The position numbers and the translations under genes were made by a program. Shown here one piece after another: positions 47,891 to 57,936 of a DNA stretch of 64,000 nucleotides. Within the stretch, counting starts at the first letter, position 1. Every line of letters starts with the position of its first letter. The stretch lies in sequence record NC_019929.1; one strand, given 5' to 3'. Under the pieces are notes generated by a model. The model was not told the origin of the DNA. It ran no database searches and saw nothing but the letters and a program-made list of their open reading frames with translations.

Positions 47891-48426
47891 TGCGCCTGAT
47901 AGTTGACTTTGCGTTAAGCGCCTCGCGGAATAATTTAAACATTGCTCTAACCGCTCTGCGTAAAGAAGTTCAATTTGAGCTGCATGATAAACTGGCGGAG
48001 TATGAAAATAAGTATTCCGAGGAACAGGGCGGTGAAGAGGTTGCTATTCTTGATGTGGACGCAATGGTTAACTCATTGATCGGACAGATGGAAGACGCAC
48101 TGATGTCGGTTGTCCACTATCCGCACATCCTTCGCGTCAACGACGCCCAGTCCGAAATCGAAACGGTAATGAACGAGGCTTTCCGTCGCGCCGTTGAAAC
48201 GATTACACGTATACGTAAAACCGACGTGAAAGAACTTTACGTTTCTATTATTCGTAAAGATGGAAACATGGTAATCAACGATACTGTAACGTGGCCAGAC
48301 GTATTAGATGATGAAGTGATTCTCCGTCTGAATAACATATTCAGGCAGGCACAGACGAAAGTTATCGATATTTGCCAAAGCGAACTACATTACTTAGCGG
48401 TTATGTACGATAAGGAGTTGGAATGA
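47890..48426 (+). CDS. Hypothetical helical protein
   Basis: 178 aa, AAGGAG and TAATG coupling. Confidence 0.75.
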   Translation: MRLIVDFALSASRNNLNIALTALRKEVQFELHDKLAEYENKYSEEQGGEEVAILDVDAMVNSLIGQMEDALMSVVHYPHILRVNDAQSEIETVMNEAFRRAVETITRIRKTDVKELYVSIIRKDGNMVINDTVTWPDVLDDEVILRLNNIFRQAQTKVIDICQSELHYLAVMYDKELE

Positions 48427-48941
48427 AAATTTACTTTAACCTGACGGACGACAGTCTGAGAGAGCTGTGGCCTAAAGCCATGAATAACTTGCGTAATGTT
48501 GTTCATGACATGGTCAAAGCCCACATGGAGCCGGAGCTGGAATACTACAGCATGACGGTCACCAATACCGTGTTGGGTGAAGTCTACTGGCGGGCGGGTG
48601 AGCTGTCGCGTAACATCGGCATGTTCGAATACGACAGTTCCGATTTGGTTGACGGGAACATGGAGAAGCAGATCAGCCGATTTACCATGGAGCTGAAAGT
48701 CGATGAAGTAATCGATAACATCGGTAAACACTTCAATGACAAAGAGGCGCGGGAGAAGTGGCTCAATGAGCAGACTTCCGAAGACCGTTCTATCGAAGCG
48801 CTGCGTACCTTTAAGTGGGATGAATTCTACCCGCTGTATATCGGTGCGGTGTCCAGCGCGTTACGCAGTATCGAAGAGGAAATCTGGAAGAGTATCGTGG
48901 ATACGGTCAATCGCCTGGTTATCCAAATCGAGAAAAAGTAA
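48423..48941 (+). CDS. Hypothetical helical protein
   Basis: 172 aa, AAGGAG and ATGA overlap. Confidence 0.75.
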   Translation: MKIYFNLTDDSLRELWPKAMNNLRNVVHDMVKAHMEPELEYYSMTVTNTVLGEVYWRAGELSRNIGMFEYDSSDLVDGNMEKQISRFTMELKVDEVIDNIGKHFNDKEAREKWLNEQTSEDRSIEALRTFKWDEFYPLYIGAVSSALRSIEEEIWKSIVDTVNRLVIQIEKK

Positions 48942-49435
48942 TGCGTATTTTCGTGGACATCAACACGACCAATGTTTACGATGCGTTCTCGCTGGGGTTC
49001 GAAGGTATATTAGAGCGAACCCTGGCACACCATCGTACATTAGTTGCTAACCACCACAACGAACGCGTGAGGGTAAATGCAGAGTATTACCGCTCGGTTG
49101 TGTACGAGAATCATCTGTCCTCGATTCTCTACAAAGCCTTTGGTAATTTTAATTCTCTCATCTCCTATCAACTACTCTGCATCAATACCGAACAACAGAT
49201 GGTGAAAGACGATGACATTGTTGAACGTTTAACAAACATGGCGCTGTCTGATACTGTCCGGGAACTGGTGAAGTTCGATGAGCAGGATAAGCTGGAGTAT
49301 CATCTGTTTGATGAGGACGTCATGGATTTACTTTACGGCGAACTCGACGAATTCCGTGATGAGTTAATTCGTGTTATTCGTGCAGAGGTCAATGACGCTC
49401 TGACCGCCGCGATTGTCTGGGTGAAAAATAAATAA
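48941..49435 (+). CDS. Hypothetical helical protein
   Basis: 164 aa, TAATG coupling. Confidence 0.75.
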   Translation: MRIFVDINTTNVYDAFSLGFEGILERTLAHHRTLVANHHNERVRVNAEYYRSVVYENHLSSILYKAFGNFNSLISYQLLCINTEQQMVKDDDIVERLTNMALSDTVRELVKFDEQDKLEYHLFDEDVMDLLYGELDEFRDELIRVIRAEVNDALTAAIVWVKNK

Positions 49436-49438
49436 AGG

Positions 49439-49479
49439 CTACCCACTCCGCAGGGAGTGGGTAGTACCTTTCTTTTTTT
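49439..49479. terminator. Bidirectional intrinsic terminator
   Basis: CTACCCACTCC-GCAG-GGAGTGGGTAG with A and T tracts, between convergent genes. Confidence 0.8.
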
Positions 49480-49481
49480 GT

Positions 49482-50237
49482 TTATTTTTTGTTTGATTTC
49501 AGCTCTTTCAAGCGCTCACCGGTGGTGTTCAAACATTCAATCATTTCGTTAACCTGTTTCATGAACAGGCCAAACAGTTCAACCCAGTCGCTACCACAGT
49601 CAACCATCAGCACCAACTCTTTCGCGACGTTCGGGTGCACCGTTGCATTTGCAATGATGTCCACAGAAGCGTGGATAGATTCGATGGTGTTATCGACGTT
49701 GGTGCGCAGCTTTTTAGTCAGTTCCAGGTTCAGGGCTTTCGCGCGGTTAAACGCAATGTCAATTTCGCCTGCACTGTGGAACGTCTTTTCAATCGCCCGT
49801 TGGTCGATGACGTTATTGGTATAGGACTTGGAAAGCTTTTCGACCAGGTCTTTGGGGTTGATGTTTTTCAGTGGGAACTTCACGTCTTTATAACGGAAAC
49901 CCACAGGTAAAGACAACATTCCCACTTCGTGTGTAAGGGCCGATAATTGTTTGTCGATAGGACGCAGAACGCCGTCATGGATTTTCTGCAATGTGTCCCA
50001 GACGGATTCCAGTCTTTCAATATGATCCATGGCGTACGTATTGAAGCCTGGTGGTACAGAGACCAACATGCCGGTGAAGTTCAGGAACTTCTCTTGCTGC
50101 ATCCACTTGGAGACATCAGACATGTCGTCATACGTGGTCAGTGCCAGTTCCTGTTGCGGGCCGGTAAAGCCTTTCGGCAGAATCGCTGCGGCTTTGGAGA
50201 CAAAGCCTGACAACGCCTCAAGTGGATTAACATTCAT
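49482..50237 (-). CDS. Hypothetical protein, possible virion protein
   Basis: 251 aa; TAGTATG motif upstream. Confidence 0.65.
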   Translation of the reverse strand: MNVNPLEALSGFVSKAAAILPKGFTGPQQELALTTYDDMSDVSKWMQQEKFLNFTGMLVSVPPGFNTYAMDHIERLESVWDTLQKIHDGVLRPIDKQLSALTHEVGMLSLPVGFRYKDVKFPLKNINPKDLVEKLSKSYTNNVIDQRAIEKTFHSAGEIDIAFNRAKALNLELTKKLRTNVDNTIESIHASVDIIANATVHPNVAKELVLMVDCGSDWVELFGLFMKQVNEMIECLNTTGERLKELKSNKK

Positions 50238-50269
50238 ACTCTTAACCTCGGAAATAGGGGATTGGGCTA

Positions 50270-50276
50270 CATACTA
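50270..50276 (-). promoter_or_regulatory. Candidate late promoter TAGTATG
   Basis: About 33 nt upstream of the ATG at 50237. Confidence 0.45.
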
Positions 50277-50337
50277 AAGTCTTTTTACGTATTACCCAAA
50301 CCTTATGAACGAGCCTAACCTATAAGGTAACAACTCG

Positions 50338-50637
50338 ATGAAAATCAAATTACTGACTCGTGAACTCGGCACCAAAGTTGATCTGGAAATCTATTTGACT
50401 CCGGCCAAGCTGGACGAGAACAAGAAACCGACCACGGTAGGTAAAATCCTCAGCATCACGTCGTTGCCGTCAGGTAAGCGCGTTGTTGAGATTGAAATCG
50501 ATGACCGGAACAAAAACCGTTTCAAAGATGTCAAGAACCCGAATCCTAAAGATTTGGACGAGGTTACCGACTGGGTAGAAACTTACTTTGAAGTCTGGCA
50601 CAAACGTCGTCTGCTTCTTTCGACTAAAAAACGCTAA
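50338..50637 (+). CDS. Hypothetical protein
   Basis: 99 aa, AAGGT upstream. Confidence 0.7.
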   Translation: MKIKLLTRELGTKVDLEIYLTPAKLDENKKPTTVGKILSITSLPSGKRVVEIEIDDRNKNRFKDVKNPNPKDLDEVTDWVETYFEVWHKRRLLLSTKKR

Positions 50638-50652
50638 TTGACGGAGCGCTAA

Positions 50653-52137
50653 ATGGCAGGTCCAGCTAAACAAGTCATGGGTGAAGTGATTCGCCCTCGT
50701 TTTAACGTCTATACCATCATGGACCACGCTCTCGGTAACTACGAGAAGGGGGAAGATGGTTTATACTACCTCAACGGTGGTTTTGCCCACATCATGGGTT
50801 TCGCAGGTCGTGGTAATACCTTTAAGTCCACACTGATGGACTTTTGTATCTTCATGATTCTGCAACGTTACGCGGCTGCCTGGGGGTCGAAGTATGACAC
50901 CGAAGTTACAGCTGCTTTGAACCGACTCGAAACTGGATTTATCTCTGCCGCGAAAGCGAACGGGATTGAAGGTGGCAGTGTGTTGGATATGATCCATGAA
51001 GGCAAGTACAATATGGTCGGCTCTGACATCATGCCGGGTGAAGAATATTACTCTTCTTACATTCGTGACGAAATTGAAAACCGTTTCAAAGAGTACATGA
51101 AAGGTAAGACGCGTGAGACGCCGTTCCTCGATCCTGTTCGTCGCGCTGCCAAGCGTCTCCTCGATCCGTGGTTGTACTCGATTGACTCCCTGTCTGAGTG
51201 GCACTCGTCGAAGATTGAAGACAAGCACGCTGAAACCAACGTCGGTGACTCCGAGCAGAACGCCTTAAACATGCGTGACTCGCTGGAGAAATCCAACATG
51301 ATGAGTCGTTGGCCGTCTGCCTTTGCTCGTGGTGGTTTCTACATGGGCTTCGTGGCACAGCTGGCGGACGATTCTGGTAAAGCAATGTCGAGCGGTGGGC
51401 GTGGTGCTAAACCTGCTAACGCCAAACTGCTGGATGATGCAGGCGACGATCTGAAGTTTGCGGGTATCCCTCGTCGTCAGCTGTCGTTCCTGACCAACTC
51501 CCTGCTGGTTGCGACCAAGTCCGGTGAGCTGAAACACGACGGCAGCTACAACGCCAAGACCGGTGTGAACGAAGAGAAATACCCAACTGCACGTTCGAAG
51601 GCAATGAATGCTTCCGTGAACGATTTGAAAGAAATCGTCTTCACGCAGTACCGTGCAAAGGGTGGTCACACTGGCGTTAAATTCCGTATGGTGTTCTCGC
51701 AAGAGATGGGTCTGCTGTATCACCTCTCTCTGTGGCATTACCTGGCGGAAGTGTTGAAAGACGAATGGGGTTATACCCGCAGCGGTGCAAACTATGAACT
51801 GCACCTCCTGCCGGGGACAAAGTTCATGCGTACCACCGTGCGTGATATGTGTGACGACGATCAACGTCTGCGCCGTGCACTGGAAATCACCGCAGCACTG
51901 GCGTACATGCAGAACAACTACCACCGTCTGGAAATGAAGTACCACATCACACCGGAACAGCTGTGGAAGCTTATCGATGAGAAGTGGGACTGGAACGAGA
52001 TTCTGGACAACACGGTTGAATACTGGATGTTCAAAGACCAGGAAGTCAAAGGGGGCAAACGTTGCTTGACCGCAATGTCGCTGCTGGCGATGGCAGTTGA
52101 TGGTCTGGAACCGAAGTTCTTAACCAAAAAGAAATAA
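50653..52137 (+). CDS. uvsX: RecA/UvsX-like recombinase (phiKZ-type)
   Basis: Walker A GRGNTFKST, Walker B YSIDSLS, RecA-like layout; syntenic with RNase H and the RNAP subunit. Confidence 0.75.
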   Translation: MAGPAKQVMGEVIRPRFNVYTIMDHALGNYEKGEDGLYYLNGGFAHIMGFAGRGNTFKSTLMDFCIFMILQRYAAAWGSKYDTEVTAALNRLETGFISAAKANGIEGGSVLDMIHEGKYNMVGSDIMPGEEYYSSYIRDEIENRFKEYMKGKTRETPFLDPVRRAAKRLLDPWLYSIDSLSEWHSSKIEDKHAETNVGDSEQNALNMRDSLEKSNMMSRWPSAFARGGFYMGFVAQLADDSGKAMSSGGRGAKPANAKLLDDAGDDLKFAGIPRRQLSFLTNSLLVATKSGELKHDGSYNAKTGVNEEKYPTARSKAMNASVNDLKEIVFTQYRAKGGHTGVKFRMVFSQEMGLLYHLSLWHYLAEVLKDEWGYTRSGANYELHLLPGTKFMRTTVRDMCDDDQRLRRALEITAALAYMQNNYHRLEMKYHITPEQLWKLIDEKWDWNEILDNTVEYWMFKDQEVKGGKRCLTAMSLLAMAVDGLEPKFLTKKK

Positions 52138-52143
52138 TGGCCT

Positions 52144-52168
52144 GGGCGGGGAAACCCGCCCTTTTTAT
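52144..52168 (+). terminator. Intrinsic terminator
   Basis: GGGCGGG-GAAA-CCCGCCC plus TTTTT. Confidence 0.8.
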
Positions 52169-52180
52169 TGTTGAGGAACG

Positions 52181-52468
52181 ATGATGCGTTATCAGAAAGA
52201 TATTATCGAGCGTCTTTCTCAGGGGCTGGCCGGTGTCGACCAGAACCTTAGCGCTCAATTCAGTAATGCGTTCTCGGCAAGTCGTCCTGATTTGAAAACC
52301 TTCTGCAACGAGGTTAATGAGCATTATGCAAATTTGCTCTCACCTGCCAGTAGCAGTAAAGTGATTCAAATCGGCGTACCCGAACGAGAGAGCGCGATAC
52401 CATTCTGGATTGACGACCTGGAAGCCGCGGCACTACCCACGCTCCGCAAAGCGAGGACGGTACAATGA
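52181..52468 (+). CDS. Hypothetical protein
   Basis: 95 aa, GAGG upstream. Confidence 0.7.
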   Translation: MMRYQKDIIERLSQGLAGVDQNLSAQFSNAFSASRPDLKTFCNEVNEHYANLLSPASSSKVIQIGVPERESAIPFWIDDLEAAALPTLRKARTVQ

Positions 52469-53133
52469 GACTAGACCCAGCACGACGTAAGAAGGCAGAA
52501 GCTTACGCACTTCAAGTCCTCCAGTTGGTCGACCCAACGGGGATTAACGCAGAGGCCGCTAAACGCGCTTTTGCACGCATGAACGATGACGAGTTCAATC
52601 GTTTGCGCGACGGATTACCTATCTACAATCCGACTGCTGGGAAAGTACGCATTGACCACCTTCGTAACATCAAAATCTGTTCTGCAATGGGCGTCAGCCT
52701 GGAGCAGCGACTATGGTTAACTGAATCGAAGACCGGTATCCTTCAACGCACCCGCTATCCACACCTTGTCCTACGCCTCCCTGCTCGCCGTCAAACGCAG
52801 ATGCAGGAAAAGAAAATGGCCGTAGCGAAGAACGACCGTGTCCGTGACAAACTCTCCGGGCAAGTCGTTGGGCCATCGAAAGCCTCAGGGGTATCCTTCC
52901 CAGAAGGGTATATCATGTACTCTGACGGTCACGACTGGTCCCTTAAAGAATTCCTGTGGGCGCGTGGTGGTAATGATGTCCTCCAACGCGCGTTCTATCA
53001 GTCGATCCGTAATACGGGTCAGGGGCGTATTGATTTAGAAGGGGCTGAGCGTACGAGTTCGAAAGCAACCCGTACCTGGTCATCGTATTTCAAAGCCATG
53101 CACATTGGCAACAACATAGGTCGACCGGAATGA
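52465..53133 (+). CDS. Split multisubunit RNA polymerase, beta C-terminal fragment (phiKZ gp149-like, virion RNAP)
   Basis: RRQTQMQEKK..RDKLSGQVVGPSKASGVSFPE..EFLWARGG aligns by eye with the beta C-terminal K..AR..T.QP..K..GE.E..E.L..KSD region; synteny with UvsX. Confidence 0.65.
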   Translation: MRLDPARRKKAEAYALQVLQLVDPTGINAEAAKRAFARMNDDEFNRLRDGLPIYNPTAGKVRIDHLRNIKICSAMGVSLEQRLWLTESKTGILQRTRYPHLVLRLPARRQTQMQEKKMAVAKNDRVRDKLSGQVVGPSKASGVSFPEGYIMYSDGHDWSLKEFLWARGGNDVLQRAFYQSIRNTGQGRIDLEGAERTSSKATRTWSSYFKAMHIGNNIGRPE

Positions 53134-53861
53134 GATTATCCCGACGCTTCTTAGTGGATATTGATGCTTTGTTCGATACGCGTATCGGCTGGCTCAGAAC
53201 CATTAAGCCCGAGGCCATGGAAAAGCTCGACTTGGAGGTTTATCGCCGTCGAATCACTGACACTTGGGCAGATGTCGTCGGGATAAACAACTGGGCAGAG
53301 ACTTACGCACAGCGAGATAAAAGGGCGCTGATGAACTCCGAACCAACGGAGTTACTGATGACGCTTAAAAATGAGTTTCAGGCAATGCTGATGGAAATTG
53401 AGATGCATTCGCCAATTGAACGTCCGTCGGTTACGATCAATCTTTGGCCGTATACGGATTTGACGAGTAGTGAAGTGCAGGACTTTTTGAATATGTTCCG
53501 CTATCACTTTAGTGAAGTGAGGGCTGAGGTGGTGCATTGGTCTCACAAAGACCTGACACCAGGGAGGTTGGCTGCGGCGTGGGATGGGTGGATAATGTAC
53601 GACTGGTATCCGTGGATTAAGCTACAGGCCACGAAACTGGCAAAACGGATTCCTGAGTTTACGATTACCCGTCCTAGTCTGCTGACGCCGGAGTTGACGT
53701 CAGAGACTATTGAGTACATGCAACGCGATGGGGTGAACCCGTTCAAGGAACACACCCGTTTCATGGCAGAGTACGTGACGGTCGACTGCAAAGATGCCGG
53801 ACTGTTTAGTCTTCGGCGTCCTCCGAAGTCTGCTTCGCCCGAGAATACGCCGAAGCCATGA
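53130..53861 (+). CDS. Hypothetical protein with HAD-like N-terminal motif
   Basis: FLVDIDALFDT (DxD); 243 aa. Confidence 0.55.
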   Translation: MRLSRRFLVDIDALFDTRIGWLRTIKPEAMEKLDLEVYRRRITDTWADVVGINNWAETYAQRDKRALMNSEPTELLMTLKNEFQAMLMEIEMHSPIERPSVTINLWPYTDLTSSEVQDFLNMFRYHFSEVRAEVVHWSHKDLTPGRLAAAWDGWIMYDWYPWIKLQATKLAKRIPEFTITRPSLLTPELTSETIEYMQRDGVNPFKEHTRFMAEYVTVDCKDAGLFSLRRPPKSASPENTPKP

Positions 53862-54276
53862 TGTTACCCACATCAATGGCGTCGCCAACAGGAGCCAACT
53901 GTCCCGGATTCATCTCGACGTCGTCGATTTGAGGAAGGGGTGGTTGGTACCCTGTATTTTCACTCGGTGGGGCGTCGTGACGTTTGATACCGACACCGGC
54001 ACGTTGCATCAGGAAGCCATTAAGGGCGTTGGCCACATCTTGTGTTGCCTCTGCACCTTTCTCAGCTGCCTTAATCTTACGCTTCGACATAATCTGTTTG
54101 TCGACGCTGTTAAGGAGACGATCGATACGGTCAACGGCCTTGAGGTCAGTATGGACTTTGGGTTCAGCAGCCATATCGTTGGCGAGACGAATACGGAGTT
54201 GTTGCGTCTCGCGGAGAAGTAAATCTTCGTCATCCACATTCCCGTCGAAGGCTTGGTATTTCACTTCTTCGCTCAT
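53806..54276 (-). CDS. Hypothetical protein
   Basis: 156 aa, GAGG upstream. Confidence 0.7.
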   Translation of the reverse strand: MSEEVKYQAFDGNVDDEDLLLRETQQLRIRLANDMAAEPKVHTDLKAVDRIDRLLNSVDKQIMSKRKIKAAEKGAEATQDVANALNGFLMQRAGVGIKRHDAPPSENTGYQPPLPQIDDVEMNPGQLAPVGDAIDVGNIMASAYSRAKQTSEDAED

Positions 54277-54306
54277 GTTAAAACCTCTTCTTAAAAAGAA
54301 CTCAGA

Positions 54307-54317
54307 CAGATATTATC
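54307..54317 (+). promoter_or_regulatory. Candidate early promoter CAGATATTATC
   Basis: In a divergent gap; matches the other copies and does not overlap a stop codon. Confidence 0.4.
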
Positions 54318-54352
54318 TAACTGAGACAATCTCTCACTTTAGGATTAAGCTT

Positions 54353-54877
54353 ATGTTTAATTGGCTCAACACACGTTTAAAGCGATACGCCGTAAAGCAG
54401 CGTAGAAGCTTTCTGGAGGCGGAGTTCCATAAGAATACCCGTAACCCTTTTCATCGGGTTATCGTAGGCTTAGAACTGCTTACAGAGCCTCTGGAATATA
54501 ATGGTGAGCAGTACAAGTCATTATCCGTTCGTGGGAAGTTGGAGCTGCGGGTAGCGAACTTTGATATTCTCTACGAACGACTGGAGTTTTACATCCGTGA
54601 GTACACCCGAGTAGCCAACGGGAGTTCTCAGACGTGGTTAGCGTTACCGGATGAGTTGGACAAGAAAAAGGACGAACCTACGCTCCGTTGGATTGACCAA
54701 TACTTCTCTACCACTAACCCGGAAGTAGTACGTGACAAACTGCGTAAAGCGTTTGCCTTGATTGATGTTTATCGTCCGGCTTTCACTGAACGCGATACGG
54801 CTGAACAAGATGCGCTGGCAAACATGACAGCTCACATCTTTCGCGAGTTAGAAACCGTAGTGGAACACTACCTCTAA
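54353..54877 (+). CDS. Hypothetical protein (174 aa)
   Basis: ATG 54353 after AGGA. Confidence 0.7.
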   Translation: MFNWLNTRLKRYAVKQRRSFLEAEFHKNTRNPFHRVIVGLELLTEPLEYNGEQYKSLSVRGKLELRVANFDILYERLEFYIREYTRVANGSSQTWLALPDELDKKKDEPTLRWIDQYFSTTNPEVVRDKLRKAFALIDVYRPAFTERDTAEQDALANMTAHIFRELETVVEHYL

Positions 54878-54907
54878 CTTTATCCGCTCCTTGTAACAAG
54901 GTGGTTT

Positions 54908-55732
54908 ATGGATAACAAAAACGATATCATTAAGGATCAGATCCATCACGGATCTCCCCAAGATGATCCCGCGGGTAAACCGCTACAGGATGCCTACTGG
55001 AGACTGTGGAAACAGCAAAAGTATACCCGTGAGCAATGGACAACCTTGCTTGGCGAGTATGTCAGGAATCCTAATTACGCGACCAAATCCAAAGCAACTG
55101 ACAAAGACCGTGTCCAACGGTTAACGACAGCGCTGACGGGTGGGAACAGTCGCAACATCAAAGTCGACCTTACCTGGCGACGGTTCATTGAAGGTTTGGT
55201 GGTCATGAAAGTCGATGTGCTCACTGTCACTGTGCAAGCAGTGAAAGGGAACTACGGCGACACGAAAGAGGTGAAGACCTCGACACGACCCAAAGAAGAC
55301 CTTCTGAAAACGTTAAACGGGGAAGACCGGGAGAAGCCACGATTGAGTGCAACAGAGGAATTGAATATCCTCTTTACCAATCAGCGTGGCACTGCTGGTC
55401 AGATGGAACACATCCTGGGCAGGTTACTCTGGCTGTTATTTGCCGAGTATCGGATTGACTCTGACTTTTGGGGACGTTTGTCTACCAACTATGTCAACAA
55501 CCCGAACAACTGTCCCGCGATTGCTTCGCGACGTAATGACATGCGGCACAACATGCAGCAGAACATGCGGATGCGCAAGAAGCTTTCGTGGAAGCGTTTC
55601 TTGATGGTGCTCAAAGCCGTCGACATTCGCCAGCTGGAATGTAGTTTCACCATTACGAAGGAGAACTCCAACTTCGTTTATGAGTCGACGATTGTCATCG
55701 ACCTCACGAAACTGAACTTCTGGAGACCGTGA
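54908..55732 (+). CDS. Hypothetical protein with internal tandem domain duplication
   Basis: W..W..YV.NP..(L)TWRRF..L and W..W..YV.NP..LSWKRF..L repeats. Confidence 0.7.
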   Translation: MDNKNDIIKDQIHHGSPQDDPAGKPLQDAYWRLWKQQKYTREQWTTLLGEYVRNPNYATKSKATDKDRVQRLTTALTGGNSRNIKVDLTWRRFIEGLVVMKVDVLTVTVQAVKGNYGDTKEVKTSTRPKEDLLKTLNGEDREKPRLSATEELNILFTNQRGTAGQMEHILGRLLWLLFAEYRIDSDFWGRLSTNYVNNPNNCPAIASRRNDMRHNMQQNMRMRKKLSWKRFLMVLKAVDIRQLECSFTITKENSNFVYESTIVIDLTKLNFWRP

Positions 55733-57045
55733 TGAAACTGAATAACATTGACGGCATCACTAGCCAAATCGGTAACAAGGTGAACGGTGTCCAGTCAGCG
55801 GTTGGCAATACGGTGCAACGCGGTACGGATGCAGTAAACCGCGTACAGTCTACGGTGGACAATGTCGGGAAGGGTATCGAGTCAGCTCAAAACCTGTACC
55901 AGAACACGTTCGATAAGGCGGGGGAAACCTACGATAAGGTCGTGAACGGTGCAGGGTCGCTGAAAGAAAAACTCGGTAACCTCTTTGGCGGCAGTGACAC
56001 TTCTTCGGTAGGTGGAACCAAAGCAGCCGGGTCTGCGCCCTCAGGGGCCTCACCCGGTCAGAAGATGCCCACGTTTGCCACGGATACGAAAGCTGCGCTG
56101 CCGGTACTCGATCCGCAAAAGCGTGATGTGTCAGAACCGTTTAAGCCGGTCAACAAAGCGGGCCTGTCGGCACTCAGCTACCTCAGTCCCGGTGGGGCAG
56201 GGAGTCTGTTGTCTAAAGGTTGGTCTACCTTAACGAACCTGCGCGACCAAGCGCTGAGTGCGGTAGGGACTGATTACGCTTCGGTGAAGAATCGTCTGGA
56301 ACAAACCATGAACATTGCCGGGCAACTGGCAAAGCTTCCGGGTGAGGTTCAGCGAGAAATCAGTGGCTACGTCAACGAGTTTAACTCGGCGAAATACCAA
56401 GTCACCGCCATGGTGGACGATGTAACCCACACCTTTGATTCGTTCAAAGACCTGGGGGACTACCTGGCGATTGATAACGTGTTGCAAAGTTTTGGGGTAG
56501 GGAGCAGCAGCAATGGTTACAGCAACTCTTTCTCAAACCTGGACATCAATACGTCGTCGGCACTGATTTACGGTATCTCGACCAAGCTCAACACTTACGG
56601 CTTACCTGCGAAGATTGACCCAATGGTACAGGCCATCACTGACCCGGTTGCGCAAGAAGCGTTGTACGGTGAATTGATGGTGCAAGCCTCCGCCACGGGG
56701 AACTTGGATTCGGTAGAGTATTACCTGCCGAAACTGAAACCGGGCCAGGGGCAGCAGTTGGCAGAGGATGTCATTAAGAACCTCATGGCCAATCTGCGGG
56801 TTGAACCGGGTATTGGGTTCCGCAGTTACGGTGTGCGTTTGTTGGCGTTGTTCGAAGCGTTAGACCCGAATTGGGACAAGTCCAAGATCAATCCGGGAAT
56901 GACCGAACTGCGTCTGTACACTTACGCAGGCTCTAATGCGATTCAGGCATTGCTGACCACTGACCGCCGCATCTATGTGATTGCCGGGGGTAGCGTGCAG
57001 TATCAAACTGCTGACTCTCTGGTGAATGCGTATTTCGCCGTCTAA
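55729..57045 (+). CDS. Hypothetical protein, possible virion protein
   Basis: 438 aa; Gly/Ser/Asn-rich amphipathic N-terminus. Confidence 0.7.
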   Translation: MMKLNNIDGITSQIGNKVNGVQSAVGNTVQRGTDAVNRVQSTVDNVGKGIESAQNLYQNTFDKAGETYDKVVNGAGSLKEKLGNLFGGSDTSSVGGTKAAGSAPSGASPGQKMPTFATDTKAALPVLDPQKRDVSEPFKPVNKAGLSALSYLSPGGAGSLLSKGWSTLTNLRDQALSAVGTDYASVKNRLEQTMNIAGQLAKLPGEVQREISGYVNEFNSAKYQVTAMVDDVTHTFDSFKDLGDYLAIDNVLQSFGVGSSSNGYSNSFSNLDINTSSALIYGISTKLNTYGLPAKIDPMVQAITDPVAQEALYGELMVQASATGNLDSVEYYLPKLKPGQGQQLAEDVIKNLMANLRVEPGIGFRSYGVRLLALFEALDPNWDKSKINPGMTELRLYTYAGSNAIQALLTTDRRIYVIAGGSVQYQTADSLVNAYFAV

Positions 57046-57057
57046 CAGGTACCGTTT

Positions 57058-57936
57058 ATGACCAATGATGATAATCCTATTTTGCGTGCCACGCTTGAAA
57101 CTGTACGCAAAGCAGATGTGGGTGTTAACAATGTAGCGGCAATGTTCGGCTTCTCCTTAGACGGGGTAGTGTCGAAGATTGCGCCAGTGAACCACATCGC
57201 GCTCTCGCCGGATGAGAAGGATGTGTTTATTCGCTACCTTCGCAGTCTCGGCTATCGTTGTCACCTGAAAGACTTTATCCCGTCTACGGATGGGTTGAAC
57301 CACTATAACATCTATTCCCAGGCCAGAACGCAGCTGGGTAAGATGGCGAGTAACTTTTACTCGCAACCGGAAGGGAAATACTTCGATACCACCGATGGCC
57401 GGTTTTTGACGTTAGAAGGGTACTATCATTACCTGCGCATCCTGGACTACGCGCTTCACACTTATTGCCGTGACGTTGAACCCACGAAGTTGTTGGATCG
57501 CAACGACATGGCACGGGTAGCGATGCAGGAAATGCTCAGGAAGTACCCGGACATCCGCAAACTGGCGAAGTACGAGGGTGCCGATTGTATCCGTATCGGT
57601 CGTAACCTGAAAGCAGCCATCTATGGTGGGACAGATTACCGTCCTGGCGCATTCAGTCCCCTGTCAGCTTACCGTTTTATGACAGCAATGGTATTTAAGT
57701 TGCACACTTTAACTATTGATGGCGTGAGTATCGGTAATATCCTGTCTGCGCAGGTTACACATGGCATTCCACTTCTTCACTATTACGTGATGAATGGTCG
57801 CCAGATAACCCCGCCGCATTCGGATTGGTTGCCAGGTGTGGTCGAACAAATTGTGCAGTGCATTGATCCGTACGGCACAACGTTCAACCCCTACGCCGTT
57901 ATCAGCCAGATAGGGAACGACGATGGGTCTCTTTGA
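57058..57936 (+). CDS. Hypothetical protein
   Basis: 292-aa ORF. Confidence 0.75.
   Translation: MTNDDNPILRATLETVRKADVGVNNVAAMFGFSLDGVVSKIAPVNHIALSPDEKDVFIRYLRSLGYRCHLKDFIPSTDGLNHYNIYSQARTQLGKMASNFYSQPEGKYFDTTDGRFLTLEGYYHYLRILDYALHTYCRDVEPTKLLDRNDMARVAMQEMLRKYPDIRKLAKYEGADCIRIGRNLKAAIYGGTDYRPGAFSPLSAYRFMTAMVFKLHTLTIDGVSIGNILSAQVTHGIPLLHYYVMNGRQITPPHSDWLPGVVEQIVQCIDPYGTTFNPYAVISQIGNDDGSL

Noticed and set aside
53984-54352. N-terminal extension of the ORF-track 297-aa protein
   Set aside because: Overlaps the minus-strand 156-aa gene and the promoter gap; the start at 54353 has an RBS
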